From a virus (lineage: Duplodnaviria > Caudoviricetes): a DNA stretch of 54,048 nt. The notes below the pieces were generated by a model. The model worked only from the letters and a program-made list of their open reading frames with translations, ran no database searches and was not told the DNA's origin. Below, in pieces: positions 1-9,701 of this stretch (position 1 is its first letter; every line of letters starts with the position of its first letter). The stretch covers positions 1 to 54,048 of the IMG/VR virus record IMGVR_UViG_3300042864_000277; one strand, written 5' to 3'. A program made the position numbers and the translations under genes.

Positions 1-2
1 CT

Positions 3-1976
3 GGTCTTACAGACTCAGCACCAGATTGGTTTGACGTAGACGTTGCTTACGTATCTGGTAATGGAACATTTACCGACGGAGAAGCAGTACTATTTACCTT
101 TGCTCGTACAGGTGATGTTGGCGCACAAGGAGCTCAAGGTTCTATTGGAGCTCAAGGCGTTCAAGGAACTGAAGGAACTCAAGGCACACAAGGAACTCTT
201 GGTGCTCAAGGTACAGTAGGTTCACAGGGAGCAGTTGGTTCTCAAGGTACAGTAGGTTCTCAAGGAACTCAGGGTACAGATGGTACACAGGGAGTTCAAG
301 GATCTGTTGGTTCTCAAGGCACACAGGGAACTGTTGGCTCTCAGGGCACACAGGGAACTGTTGGTGCTCAAGGAACCCAAGGCACTCTTGGTGCTCAAGG
401 AACCCAAGGCACTCTTGGTGCTCAAGGAACGGATGGTACAGTAGGTGCACAAGGAGCCGAAGGTTCATTTGGTGGTGTAACTGTTGAATACGCATACAGC
501 ACATCAACTACAATGTCAGACCCAGGTGCTTCAAACGTAAGATTTAACGCAGCCCTAGCAAGTGCTACTCATCTTGTAATTGATGATGTAGATGTAAATG
601 CAACAAACATCGCTTCATATCTAGCAACTATCGATGACTCTACATCTACTATTAAGGGTCACGTAAAGATCTCAAAGAAGGATAACCCTGCAGTATTTGC
701 GATGTATGCAATTAACTCAATGGTTGATGACACAGGGTTCTTTGATTTAGATATTACTTATTTATCTGGCGCTGGTTCTTTATCGAACTCTGATCCAATT
801 CTATTAACCTTTGCTCGTACTGGTGATGTAGGAGCTCAAGGAACACAAGGTACTCTTGGAGCCCAGGGTGTTCAAGGAACATTTGGTACTCAAGGAACTC
901 AAGGAACTGAAGGAGCTCAAGGTACTGTTGGTGCCCAAGGAACTCAAGGAACTAATGGTACTCAAGGTACTGTTGGCGCACAAGGAACTCAAGGAGTTCA
1001 AGGAACGCTTGGAGCGCAAGGTACTCAAGGAGAGACAGGCGTTCAGGGTACAGTAGGTTCACAAGGAACTCAAGGAACTGATGGTACACAAGGTACTGTT
1101 GGTACTCAGGGAACTGTTGGTTCACAAGGAACTACTGGAGCCCAAGGAACTGTCGGTGCTCAAGGAACTCAAGGCTCCAATGCAGGAATTCTAAGCGTTG
1201 GTTCAGGTCTATCACTTTCAGGTGGAGGAGAATTAACAGTTGATACTACAACAATTGCTACTAAGGCATATGTTGATGCGACTGCAACTGGATTAGATGT
1301 TAAAGCATCAGTTCGTGTAGCAACTACTGAATCATTAACATTAGCTTCAGCACTTGAAAATGGAGATACTCTTGACGGAGTAACTCTTGCAACTGGTGAC
1401 CGTGTACTTGTTAAGAATCAATCAACTGGTTCTGAAAACGGTATTTACGTTGTTAAGTCTTCTGGAGCACCAGATCGTGCAACGGATGCAGATACAAGCG
1501 CAAAAGTTACAGCAGGAATGTTTACATTTGTATCAGAAGGTACGACTAATGGAAACACTGGTTATGTCCTCACAACAGATGACACAGTAACACTAGGCAC
1601 AACAGCCTTAACATTTACACAGTTCTCTGGAGCTGGAGCATACACAGCAGGTGCTGGTCTTACACAGTCTGGAACAACATTCAATGTTGGCGCTGGAACT
1701 GGTATTACTGTAAATGCTGATGATGTAGCAATTAATACAGCAGTTGTTGTACGAAAGTATGCAACTACTATTACACCAACAAACCCATTTAGCGCAACAG
1801 AATTTGCAATTACACATGGTCTTGATACATTAGATATTCAAGTTTCTGTGTATGAAGTTGCAACAGGTGCTAAGGTTGAGACAGACATTACAAGAATAAC
1901 TACATCCGCTGTAACAATCGGATTTGCTGTAGCTCCTGTTTCAGGAGAAACATACAGAGTAGTAGTACAGGCATAA
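3..1976 (+). CDS. Collagen-like fibre/decoration protein, 5'-truncated by the window edge
   Basis: The frame of the 513..1976 ORF is open from position 3 (GLTDSAPDWFDVDVAYVSG...). It has two G-X-Y tracts (GAQ/GTQ), each preceded by a module ending FARTGDVGAQG. These are followed by a DVKASVRVATT...GDRVLVKNQ...ENGIY fibre module and a C-terminal THGL...YRVVV domain. Confidence 0.8.
   Translation, partial: GLTDSAPDWFDVDVAYVSGNGTFTDGEAVLFTFARTGDVGAQGAQGSIGAQGVQGTEGTQGTQGTLGAQGTVGSQGAVGSQGTVGSQGTQGTDGTQGVQGSVGSQGTQGTVGSQGTQGTVGAQGTQGTLGAQGTQGTLGAQGTDGTVGAQGAEGSFGGVTVEYAYSTSTTMSDPGASNVRFNAALASATHLVIDDVDVNATNIASYLATIDDSTSTIKGHVKISKKDNPAVFAMYAINSMVDDTGFFDLDITYLSGAGSLSNSDPILLTFARTGDVGAQGTQGTLGAQGVQGTFGTQGTQGTEGAQGTVGAQGTQGTNGTQGTVGAQGTQGVQGTLGAQGTQGETGVQGTVGSQGTQGTDGTQGTVGTQGTVGSQGTTGAQGTVGAQGTQGSNAGILSVGSGLSLSGGGELTVDTTTIATKAYVDATATGLDVKASVRVATTESLTLASALENGDTLDGVTLATGDRVLVKNQSTGSENGIYVVKSSGAPDRATDADTSAKVTAGMFTFVSEGTTNGNTGYVLTTDDTVTLGTTALTFTQFSGAGAYTAGAGLTQSGTTFNVGAGTGITVNADDVAINTAVVVRKYATTITPTNPFSATEFAITHGLDTLDIQVSVYEVATGAKVETDITRITTSAVTIGFAVAPVSGETYRVVVQA
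363..430 (+). repeat. 27-nt tandem repeat (about 2.5 copies) within the collagen tract
   Basis: ggtgctcaaggaacccaaggcactctt occurs twice, followed by ggtgctcaaggaac. Confidence 0.85.
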
Positions 1977-1979
1977 AAC

Positions 1980-2279
1980 ATGGCCAAAAAGTTCTTAACT
2001 CCGATAGTATTGGTTAATATGGCTACACCGCCAGCTAATCCAATAACTGGTCAAATGTATTATAATACAGAAGAAAGAACTATTAAGGCATATAACGGAG
2101 AAGTTTGGTATGATGTGGCTGGCCCAAAAGCAATTTTGGGCCATACACACTACACAGATGGTGATATTAGAACCGTTGATTATGGAAATTACGCAGCAAA
2201 TAATGACTATGTAGTTTCAATAAATGGCGGGGGAGCAACAACAGAATTTAATGATTCAATAGATGGGGGAACAGCATAA
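1980..2279 (+). CDS. Small fibre-associated structural protein (MAKKFL start, IDGG end)
   Basis: 99 aa with a GQMYYNT...YNGEVW fibre-type motif, tightly packed between fibre genes. Confidence 0.6.
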   Translation: MAKKFLTPIVLVNMATPPANPITGQMYYNTEERTIKAYNGEVWYDVAGPKAILGHTHYTDGDIRTVDYGNYAANNDYVVSINGGGATTEFNDSIDGGTA

Positions 2280-2280
2280 A

Positions 2281-4545
2281 ATGGCAATTAGAATTCAATT
2301 AAGAAGAGACACCGCAAGTAACTGGACAACAAATAATCCACTACTATATCCAGGTGAAATGGGAATAGAAACAGACACAGGTAAATTTAAAATTGGTCCT
2401 GCAGTAAATGCCCCAACTGTTGGAACAGCATGGAACAGCATTTCATCATATTCTAATGTTACCCCAGCAGGATTAGCAAGCTCCCTTGGAGACTATGTCC
2501 CAACAACAGACGTAGGAGTAAAAGGCGGGCTAGTAGAAATGGATGCAAGCGGAAATGCATTAATTCTAGGTCCAGGATTTATTATAGAAGGCGTAACAGA
2601 TAATACAAATGAAACAACTGTAGTATTTACAGATCCAACAGCAGATAGAACAATTACATTCCCAGATGCTACTGGTACAGTAGTATTGGCAGATTCAACA
2701 AATACACTAACAAACAAGACTTTAACAAGCCCAACAATTTCTGGATTATATTTATCTGATGCAAGCATCGTATTTGAAGGCGCAGTTGCAGATTCATATG
2801 AGACTACACTTGTAGCAGGAGAGCCTACAGAAGATCGTACAGTAACATTACCAGATGCAACAGACACACTTGTTGGAAAAGCAACAACAGACACTCTTAC
2901 AAATAAGACTCTTACATCTCCTAAAATTAACGAAAATGTAGAACTATTAGCAACATCTACAGAATTAAATATTCTAGATGGAGCAACTCTTTCTACAACA
3001 GAACTTAACTATGTTGATGGTGTAACCTCAGCAATTCAAACTCAGTTAGATGCTAAGGCTACTTCTTCAGATCTTACAACTCACACAGGCGCAACAGAAG
3101 CACACGGTGCAACTGGCGCAGTAGTTGGAACAACAAATACACAGACTCTTACAAATAAGACACTTACAAGCCCAGTAGTTTCAGGACTTACACTTTCAGA
3201 TGGCTCAATCGTTCTTGAAGGTGCAACTGCTGATGCTCATGAAACAACTATTACAGTAACTGATCCTACAGCAGACCGCACAATCACTTTGCCAGATGCA
3301 TCAGGAACTGTTGCTCTTACAAATAACAAATTAGATGCTTTTGCTGCAACTACTTCAGCAGAACTCGCTGGAGTAATCTCTGATGAGACTGGTACTGGAG
3401 CACTTGTTTTTGCTAACACACCAACACTTGTAACACCAAACATTGGTGCTGCAACTGGTACATCTTTGGTTCTTTCAGGGGACCTAACAGTTAATGGTAC
3501 AACAACTACAATTAACTCAACAGAAATTACAGTTGATGATAAGAACCTTACACTTGGTGCAGTAACAACCCCAACTGATGCAGGTGCAGATGGTGGCGGA
3601 ATTACCCTTAAGGGAACTACAGACAAAACTTTTAATTGGGTTGACGCCACAGACGCTTGGACATCTTCAGAGCATATTAACCTAGCATCAACAAAAGAAC
3701 TTAAAATTAATGGAACATCAGTACTTTCTGGAACAGCATTAGGTTCTGGAATTACAGGATCATCTCTTACATCAGTAGGAACAATTGCTACAGGTACTTG
3801 GAACGGAACTGCAATCGCAGTTGCAAACGGTGGTACTGGTTCAACATCAACATCAGATGCTCGTACAGCCCTAGGACTTGCAATCGGAACGGACGTACAG
3901 GCTTACAACTCAACATTAGCAGCAGTCGCTGGTGGAACTTACACTGGAGACGACAGCATTGCAACAGTAGGTACTGTTACAGCTGGTACATGGTCTGCAA
4001 CAGAAATTGCTCTTAATAAAGGTGGAACTGGAGCTACAACTCAAGCAGGTGCAGCAAATGCAGTTCTTCCTTCTCAAACTTCAGCAACTGGAAAATATTT
4101 AAAGTCTGATGGAACAAATGTTTTATGGGAAACAGTAGATGCTCTTCCTTCACAATCTGGAAATTCAGGTAAGTATCTTACAACAGATGGAACATCTGCT
4201 TCATGGGCAACTTTAGTAGTACCAATTGTAACTGGAACAGACACTGTTACTGGAAATACAATAGAAACTGTAGACACCACAGCATTGTCAGCATTTACAT
4301 CAATTGAATATATGGTTTCATTAAAGCAGGCTACAAATAATAAAACAAGAACATCTAAGGTCCTTGTTCAAACAGATGGAACATCTGTAGATATGACAGA
4401 GTTTGCAATTACAGAAACTGGTGGAACAATTGCAGGAGTAGTTGTTTCAGCCGCAGTATCTTCAACAAATGCAGTATTACAGGTAACTGTAACAGATGCA
4501 GCAACAAATAACGTAACAGTCAAATTCAGCAAAGTATCACTTTAA
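2281..4545 (+). CDS. Long fibre protein with an Mtd_N/hyaluronidase-like N-terminal domain
   Basis: Likely start is ATG 2281 (MAIRIQLRRDTASNW...GEMGIETDTGKFKIG). It has three repeats of PT(A/E)DRT(I/V)T(F/L)PDA, TLTNKTLTSP repeats and GKYL.DG...W motifs. Confidence 0.75.
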   Translation: MAIRIQLRRDTASNWTTNNPLLYPGEMGIETDTGKFKIGPAVNAPTVGTAWNSISSYSNVTPAGLASSLGDYVPTTDVGVKGGLVEMDASGNALILGPGFIIEGVTDNTNETTVVFTDPTADRTITFPDATGTVVLADSTNTLTNKTLTSPTISGLYLSDASIVFEGAVADSYETTLVAGEPTEDRTVTLPDATDTLVGKATTDTLTNKTLTSPKINENVELLATSTELNILDGATLSTTELNYVDGVTSAIQTQLDAKATSSDLTTHTGATEAHGATGAVVGTTNTQTLTNKTLTSPVVSGLTLSDGSIVLEGATADAHETTITVTDPTADRTITLPDASGTVALTNNKLDAFAATTSAELAGVISDETGTGALVFANTPTLVTPNIGAATGTSLVLSGDLTVNGTTTTINSTEITVDDKNLTLGAVTTPTDAGADGGGITLKGTTDKTFNWVDATDAWTSSEHINLASTKELKINGTSVLSGTALGSGITGSSLTSVGTIATGTWNGTAIAVANGGTGSTSTSDARTALGLAIGTDVQAYNSTLAAVAGGTYTGDDSIATVGTVTAGTWSATEIALNKGGTGATTQAGAANAVLPSQTSATGKYLKSDGTNVLWETVDALPSQSGNSGKYLTTDGTSASWATLVVPIVTGTDTVTGNTIETVDTTALSAFTSIEYMVSLKQATNNKTRTSKVLVQTDGTSVDMTEFAITETGGTIAGVVVSAAVSSTNAVLQVTVTDAATNNVTVKFSKVSL

Positions 4546-4555
4546 GGAGTAATTA

Positions 4556-4843
4556 ATGTCTAATAAAGACTTTAAGTTAAAGAATGGACTAGTAGTCTCT
4601 TCTCTATCCACCGCTGGAATTGTTACAACTGATTCATCTGGAAATATAAACGCTGTAGCAGTAGTTCCAGTAGAAAACGGTGGAACAGGACAAACAACGG
4701 TTGGAAACGCCTTAAATGCCTTGCTACCGCTTCAAACAGGCAATGAGAATAAGTATTTACAAACAAATGGTACAACAACACAATGGAATGCAATCACTAC
4801 ACCAGATGCAAATCCACAAATATTCATGTTAATGGGGGCATAA
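4556..4843 (+). CDS. Fibre anchor-like protein (N-terminal KDFKLK motif)
   Basis: MSNKDFKLKNGL and GGTGQT..NALNALLP are shared with the 10055 ORF. RBS aaggag upstream. Confidence 0.6.
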   Translation: MSNKDFKLKNGLVVSSLSTAGIVTTDSSGNINAVAVVPVENGGTGQTTVGNALNALLPLQTGNENKYLQTNGTTTQWNAITTPDANPQIFMLMGA

Positions 4844-4846
4844 GGA

Positions 4847-5188
4847 ATGGCAACAGTATATAAAGTATTAGGACAGACAGCAACAGCTACATTAGGAGCT
4901 ACAACAGAAGGTACTCTTTATACCGTCCCAGTTTCAACATCAACAGTTGTATCAAGTTTAGTTATTTGTAATCAAGCAGCATCAGCTGCTACATTTAGAA
5001 TTGCGGTTCGACCATCAGCAGATGGATCGACGGCGGCAAAGCATTGGATAGTATATGGTACTACAGTTGCAGCAAGTGATTCAACAGTTATTACAATGGG
5101 CCTAACGCTTGCAGCAGGTGATAAAATTCAAGTATATGGATCAAGTGCTACATTATCATTTAGCGCTTATGGATCTGAGATAAGTTAA
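4847..5188 (+). CDS. Small beta-rich fibre adaptor-like protein
   Basis: 113 aa, MATVYKVLGQ...TLYTVP...FSAYGSEIS, located between the anchor-like and FN3 genes. Confidence 0.55.
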   Translation: MATVYKVLGQTATATLGATTEGTLYTVPVSTSTVVSSLVICNQAASAATFRIAVRPSADGSTAAKHWIVYGTTVAASDSTVITMGLTLAAGDKIQVYGSSATLSFSAYGSEIS

Positions 5189-5190
5189 TC

Positions 5191-6720
5191 ATGTCTGTAG
5201 TCCGAGCCTCATTAAAGGGACTTCAGGCATTAATTCCAATTCCCGATGTGCCAGATGCACCAGTAATTGGTTCAGCTACAAATGTTGGTACATCTCGTGC
5301 ATATAATAACGGATCATCTACAGTAACATACACAGCAGCAGCAACTGGCGGTACGCCAGCGTCTTATACAATTACCTCAAATCCTGGAGGATTTACAGGT
5401 ACTGGAACATCTCCAGTAACCATTACAGGATTACAATCAAATACAGCATATACATTTACAGCCACTGCTACAAATGCCACTGCAACATCTGCAGCATCAA
5501 CTGCAACATCTAGCATTACAGCAACTACCGTGCCACAGGCACCAACAATTGGTACTGCAACAAATGCTTCTGCTGGAAATGTTTCAGTTCCATTTACTGC
5601 TGCCAATAATGGTGGATCAGCAATTACGGGATATACATTAACATCAAGTAGTGGATTAACAGCATCTGGAGCCTCATCACCATTAACTTTAATAGAAACA
5701 GTAAGTTCTACATTTACATATACTGTAACTGCAACAAATGCCAACGGCACATCTGCAGCATCTGCAGCATCAAACTCTTTAACCATATCACTTGTCCCAG
5801 GCGTTCCATCAATTAGCTCTGTTTCAGATGTTGGTACATCTCGTGCATTTAATAACGGTGCAGCATCTGTAGCATTTACTGCTGGTAGTGGACCTGCTGC
5901 AACTTCTTATACAGTTACATCAAGTCCTGGAGGATATACAGCATCTGGCGCATCTAGCCCAATTGTTGTTACAGGACTTCAATCTGGAACTTCATATACT
6001 TATGCCGTAACAGCAACAAATGCAATAGGATCATCTTCTGCATCAGCCTCATCATCTTCTGTAACTGCTACAACAGTTCCAAGTACACCAACATCTGTTT
6101 CTATGAGCAAATATACTGGAGCAGTTGGAGGAGTAACTTATTCTTTTGCGGCCCCAACAAGTAATGGAGGAAAAGCAATTACTGGATATAATCAATCTGG
6201 TATTGGAAGCAGAACAGATGCAGTAGGAACTCATAATGTTTCTGGCTTAAGTCAAGGGGCAAGTCTTACGGTTAGCGTAACAGCAACAAACCTTAATGGA
6301 TCTTCTACAGCAGCAACTGCAACCGCTACATCATCTGCGTATACCTGTTCTGCTGGATTTACTTTATCTGGAAGCAGCTGTACTCAATCTGCATTACAAG
6401 GATCAGCAATTTATCAACAACAATATTGGTATAATGCAGCAGCTGTTCCAACACCTAAATATAGCTGTAGACACGGAACTACAAATGCCTGTGTGCAAAG
6501 CTTTAGTGGATGTTCTTCACTTGGTGGACAATATGTCCAAGCCGCATGCGGTGGATTTAGTTCATCTTATAATGTTACTGTATACAATTGTGACGCTCAA
6601 GGTGGGTCACTTATTGGAACTGGATGCTATAGAAACGTGGTTGTAGGGTATAATTATTCTTGTCCAAATGGCGGATCTTTATCTGGATCAACCTGTACAT
6701 TATCGGCTTCAATAGCGTAA
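5191..6720 (+). CDS. Fibronectin type III repeat protein with a Cys-rich C-terminus
   Basis: Four FN3-like repeats (P.AP.I....TGLQS.T.YTF.VTATN) and ten Cys in the last ~125 aa. Confidence 0.75.
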   Translation: MSVVRASLKGLQALIPIPDVPDAPVIGSATNVGTSRAYNNGSSTVTYTAAATGGTPASYTITSNPGGFTGTGTSPVTITGLQSNTAYTFTATATNATATSAASTATSSITATTVPQAPTIGTATNASAGNVSVPFTAANNGGSAITGYTLTSSSGLTASGASSPLTLIETVSSTFTYTVTATNANGTSAASAASNSLTISLVPGVPSISSVSDVGTSRAFNNGAASVAFTAGSGPAATSYTVTSSPGGYTASGASSPIVVTGLQSGTSYTYAVTATNAIGSSSASASSSSVTATTVPSTPTSVSMSKYTGAVGGVTYSFAAPTSNGGKAITGYNQSGIGSRTDAVGTHNVSGLSQGASLTVSVTATNLNGSSTAATATATSSAYTCSAGFTLSGSSCTQSALQGSAIYQQQYWYNAAAVPTPKYSCRHGTTNACVQSFSGCSSLGGQYVQAACGGFSSSYNVTVYNCDAQGGSLIGTGCYRNVVVGYNYSCPNGGSLSGSTCTLSASIA

Positions 6721-6760
6721 ATCAAATGAGAATACGCATACGCACAAAGGATATGTTAAA

Positions 6761-7015
6761 ATGAATAAAGAAAGACCAGCTAGACCATGGGATATTTTTA
6801 ATAAAAATTTAAAAATAATTCAAAAAGATATTGTGGAATATAGAATGGCTCTGTGCAACTCCTGCCCAGAATTAATTCAAGCTACATCAACATGTAAACA
6901 ATGCGGATGTTTTATGAAATTAAAAACAGAATTAAGTAATGCAAGTTGCCCATTAAATAAATGGCAAGCAGTATCAGTACCAATTTATGAAGATATAGAA
7001 GGAGATACAAAATGA
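6761..7015 (+). CDS. Small Cys-rich protein (CxxC...CxxCGC...CP, DUF6171-like)
   Basis: CNSCP...CKQCGCFM..K..L..ASCPLNKW pattern. Confidence 0.65.
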   Translation: MNKERPARPWDIFNKNLKIIQKDIVEYRMALCNSCPELIQATSTCKQCGCFMKLKTELSNASCPLNKWQAVSVPIYEDIEGDTK

Positions 7016-7221
7016 CAGAAGAAACAGCAGAAAATTTTATTCCACAACACATGATAGCCTTTATTATTGATAATAAAGTAGAAGAGGTTATTGGGATAGA
7101 TGATAGGCTTGCAGCAGTTTTATTAAGCAGCCCAACTATTGTAGATGTTACTGGAATTCCAGTAACAAATGGGCATATTTATAACCCAGAAAACGGGACA
7201 TTTGCTTCAGTTATAGGTTAA
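7012..7221 (+). CDS. Small acidic protein, putative fibre assembly partner
   Basis: ATGA overlap with the upstream gene and RBS ggag. AFIIDNKVEEVI resembles AFIKDGNVTNVA of the 9702 ORF. Confidence 0.55.
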   Translation: MTEETAENFIPQHMIAFIIDNKVEEVIGIDDRLAAVLLSSPTIVDVTGIPVTNGHIYNPENGTFASVIG

Positions 7222-7232
7222 ATAAGATAGGA

Positions 7233-7238
7233 TATAAT
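7233..7238 (+). promoter_or_regulatory. -10 element of a putative leaderless promoter
   Basis: TATAAT lies 6 nt before ATG 7245. Confidence 0.55.
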
Positions 7239-7244
7239 AGATAA

Positions 7245-8378
7245 ATGGCATCAGTTAAATATGTTAGTCAAGAGGGGCTTCTTGCTGGAGCCACCGCCAT
7301 TCCTGACGTACCTGATGCACCAACTATTGGTGCTGCAACAGTTACTAATGCAACAACGGTATCATTAGCATTTACCGCAGCAGCCACAGGCGGAGCACCT
7401 GCTTCTTACACTGTAGTGGCATCTCCTTCTGTTGGAAACATTTCTACTTCGGCTGGAACCACATCTCCATTAACAGTTACTGGAACATTTGCTACTAATA
7501 CTGCATACACATTTACTGTACGAGCAAATAACTCAACAGCAAGTTCTGGATATTCTTCTGCATCTAGTGCAGTTACTCCAAATCCTTCCTATGTTTTATC
7601 ACAAACATTTAACTCTTCTGGAAATTACGTAATTCCTTCTGGTAAAAATTTAATTGCAGTTTATGCATATGGTGGTGGTGGCTCTGGAAAGGCTGGAACT
7701 GCAGCGCTAAGTCCAAATGAAGGTGGCTTTGGTGGTGGCGGCGGTTCAGGTGGAACTGGTGTGGTTATGGTTGGGTATCCAGTTACCCCTGGAGTTGAAT
7801 ATGCTGTAACAATTGGTTCTGGAGGAAATACAAGCAACTCTGCTAACGTAGGAAATCCTGGAGGAACCACTTCTTTTGGAACAGTCTTAACTGCTGGAGG
7901 AGGCCCATCTGGAACACAAGCAAACGCTTCCTATGGTGGAAATGGAAGCGCATATATTACCGCTTCCGTTTTTTCATCTGCTGGAAATGGAGGCAACGTT
8001 GGTCTTGCAAATAACACACTTCCTGGCGCAGGAAATGCTGGAGGAAATAATGGAGCATTAACTGCAAACTTGGCTGGTCTTGGAAGTATAAGCAATAATT
8101 ATGGAGGTTCTGGCGGTGGTGGTGGCGGTGGTGCTGGTGTTTCAAATATAACCATGAATGGTGGTGCTGGCGGAAATGGTGGCGGTACTGGTGGCGCAGG
8201 TGGCTCTGGAGGAAACGCTGTAGGACAGTCATCTAGAAATAATGGAAACAGTGGTGTATCTGCTACTGGTTCAGCATCTGGTGGCGGTGGTGGTGGTGGT
8301 AATTCTAATAACAATATAAACACTGCAGGATCTGGGGCTAGTGGATCTGGCGGAATTGTAATTATTTACGTTAAATAA
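7245..8378 (+). CDS. FN3 plus glycine-rich domain protein (fibre tip/adhesin candidate)
   Basis: IPDVPDAP FN3-like repeat, then a TFNSSG...GGGG-rich domain ending GIVIIYVK. Confidence 0.7.
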   Translation: MASVKYVSQEGLLAGATAIPDVPDAPTIGAATVTNATTVSLAFTAAATGGAPASYTVVASPSVGNISTSAGTTSPLTVTGTFATNTAYTFTVRANNSTASSGYSSASSAVTPNPSYVLSQTFNSSGNYVIPSGKNLIAVYAYGGGGSGKAGTAALSPNEGGFGGGGGSGGTGVVMVGYPVTPGVEYAVTIGSGGNTSNSANVGNPGGTTSFGTVLTAGGGPSGTQANASYGGNGSAYITASVFSSAGNGGNVGLANNTLPGAGNAGGNNGALTANLAGLGSISNNYGGSGGGGGGGAGVSNITMNGGAGGNGGGTGGAGGSGGNAVGQSSRNNGNSGVSATGSASGGGGGGGNSNNNINTAGSGASGSGGIVIIYVK

Positions 8379-8398
8379 AAGAAAGGGAGAATAAATAA

Positions 8399-9640
8399 AT
8401 GGCTAATGTAAAAAAAGTAGCAAGTCTTGGATTAACAAGAACTGGAACATCTATTAGTGATGTACCAGATGCTATTACATTAGGAACTGTAACTGTAACA
8501 AATTCAACTACTGTTTCTATTCCTTTTACCGCCGCCGCAACTGGTGGGTCGGCAACAAGTTATACAGTAACATCTTCTCCTTCTATAGCTTTATCAACAT
8601 CAAGCACTACATCTCCATTATCAGTCACAGGATCATTTGCTTCAAATATCCCATATACCTTTACAGTAAAATCAATTAATTCAACTGGAGAATCATCATC
8701 TAGTTCTGCAAGCAACTCAATTACACCAAATCCTTCATACGCATTATCACAAACATTTAATTCAACAGGAACATATACCGTTCCTGCAGGAGCAAACGTG
8801 GTGGCTGCATTTGTTGTAAGTGCTGGAGGAGGAGGAGGCGGAGGCGGAGGCGGAATGTCTCTTTCTGCTAATAGAGCGGCTGGCGGAGGCGGCGGAGGCG
8901 GCGGTGGCTCAGGATACATTGTTGGATTTAAAGATTATCCAGTAACACCTGGAGGAACTTATTTAATTACAATAGGTAGTTCTGGAAACTCTGGAAATTT
9001 TGGCAATGCTTCTGCTAATGGAGGATCTGGAAATTCTGGTGGTACAACAAATTTTGCAAATTTAGTTAGCGTTAATGGCGGCGGCGGAGGAGCAGCTGGA
9101 AATACAGGTGCACCTACTTCTTCCAATCAAATTGATCCAGGAAATGCTGGATCTGGTGGAAACATAGGAAATTATAATTCAAATATTTCAGGTTATGTTG
9201 TAGTAACTGCAAATTCTGGAGCTGGTAGTTCTGGAGGCGGCGGCGGAGATTCAAATGTTCCTTCAGATGGCAGCGGCGGCGGTGGAGGAAACAATGGTGG
9301 CTTATTAGTTAATATGAATTTAACTGGTTTAGGCTCAGTAAGTTCTGGAATTAATACTGGCTCTGGCGGCGGAGGTGGCGGAGGTTCTGGCGTAACTACT
9401 TCAGTTTATGCTAACGGAGGCTCAGGTGGTACTGGTTCAGGCTCAGGAGGACGTGGAGGATACGGTTCTGCAAGTTCAACTGGAGGACCAGAAGGACAAA
9501 ATGGAAACTCTGCTTCAGCAGTTGCAGGCGCTGGAGGCGGGGGTGGTGGAGGATTTGGAAGTACAAACTTTGGCAATGCTTCCGCAGGAGGCGCAGGCGG
9601 TAATGGATATCAAGGAAGAGTAATAATTTATGTTAAATAA
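8399..9640 (+). CDS. FN3 plus glycine-rich domain protein, paralog of 7245..8378
   Basis: Same architecture, sharing TPNPSY.LSQTFNS.G.Y..P.G, YPVTPG and a C-terminal VIIYVK. Confidence 0.7.
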   Translation: MANVKKVASLGLTRTGTSISDVPDAITLGTVTVTNSTTVSIPFTAAATGGSATSYTVTSSPSIALSTSSTTSPLSVTGSFASNIPYTFTVKSINSTGESSSSSASNSITPNPSYALSQTFNSTGTYTVPAGANVVAAFVVSAGGGGGGGGGGMSLSANRAAGGGGGGGGGSGYIVGFKDYPVTPGGTYLITIGSSGNSGNFGNASANGGSGNSGGTTNFANLVSVNGGGGGAAGNTGAPTSSNQIDPGNAGSGGNIGNYNSNISGYVVVTANSGAGSSGGGGGDSNVPSDGSGGGGGNNGGLLVNMNLTGLGSVSSGINTGSGGGGGGGSGVTTSVYANGGSGGTGSGSGGRGGYGSASSTGGPEGQNGNSASAVAGAGGGGGGGFGSTNFGNASAGGAGGNGYQGRVIIYVK

Positions 9641-9671
9641 ATAATTACAGTTTTGTTTAACAAAAAATAAA

Positions 9672-9680
9672 TGATACAAT
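9672..9680 (+). promoter_or_regulatory. Extended -10 promoter
   Basis: TGATACAAT upstream of RBS aggagg and ATG 9702. Confidence 0.45.
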
Positions 9681-9701
9681 GATACTTTAGGAGGTATTAA
9701 A

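Noticed and set aside
120-1180. CRISPR-like periodic repeats
   Set aside because: The periodicity is 9/18/27 nt and encodes in-frame G-X-Y collagen. There are no unique spacers and no cas genes.
2281-4545. Diversity-generating retroelement suggested by the Mtd_N-like domain
   Set aside because: There is no reverse transcriptase, no TR/VR pair with adenine-specific mismatches and no C-type lectin domain in the window. Mtd_N is only a structural module.
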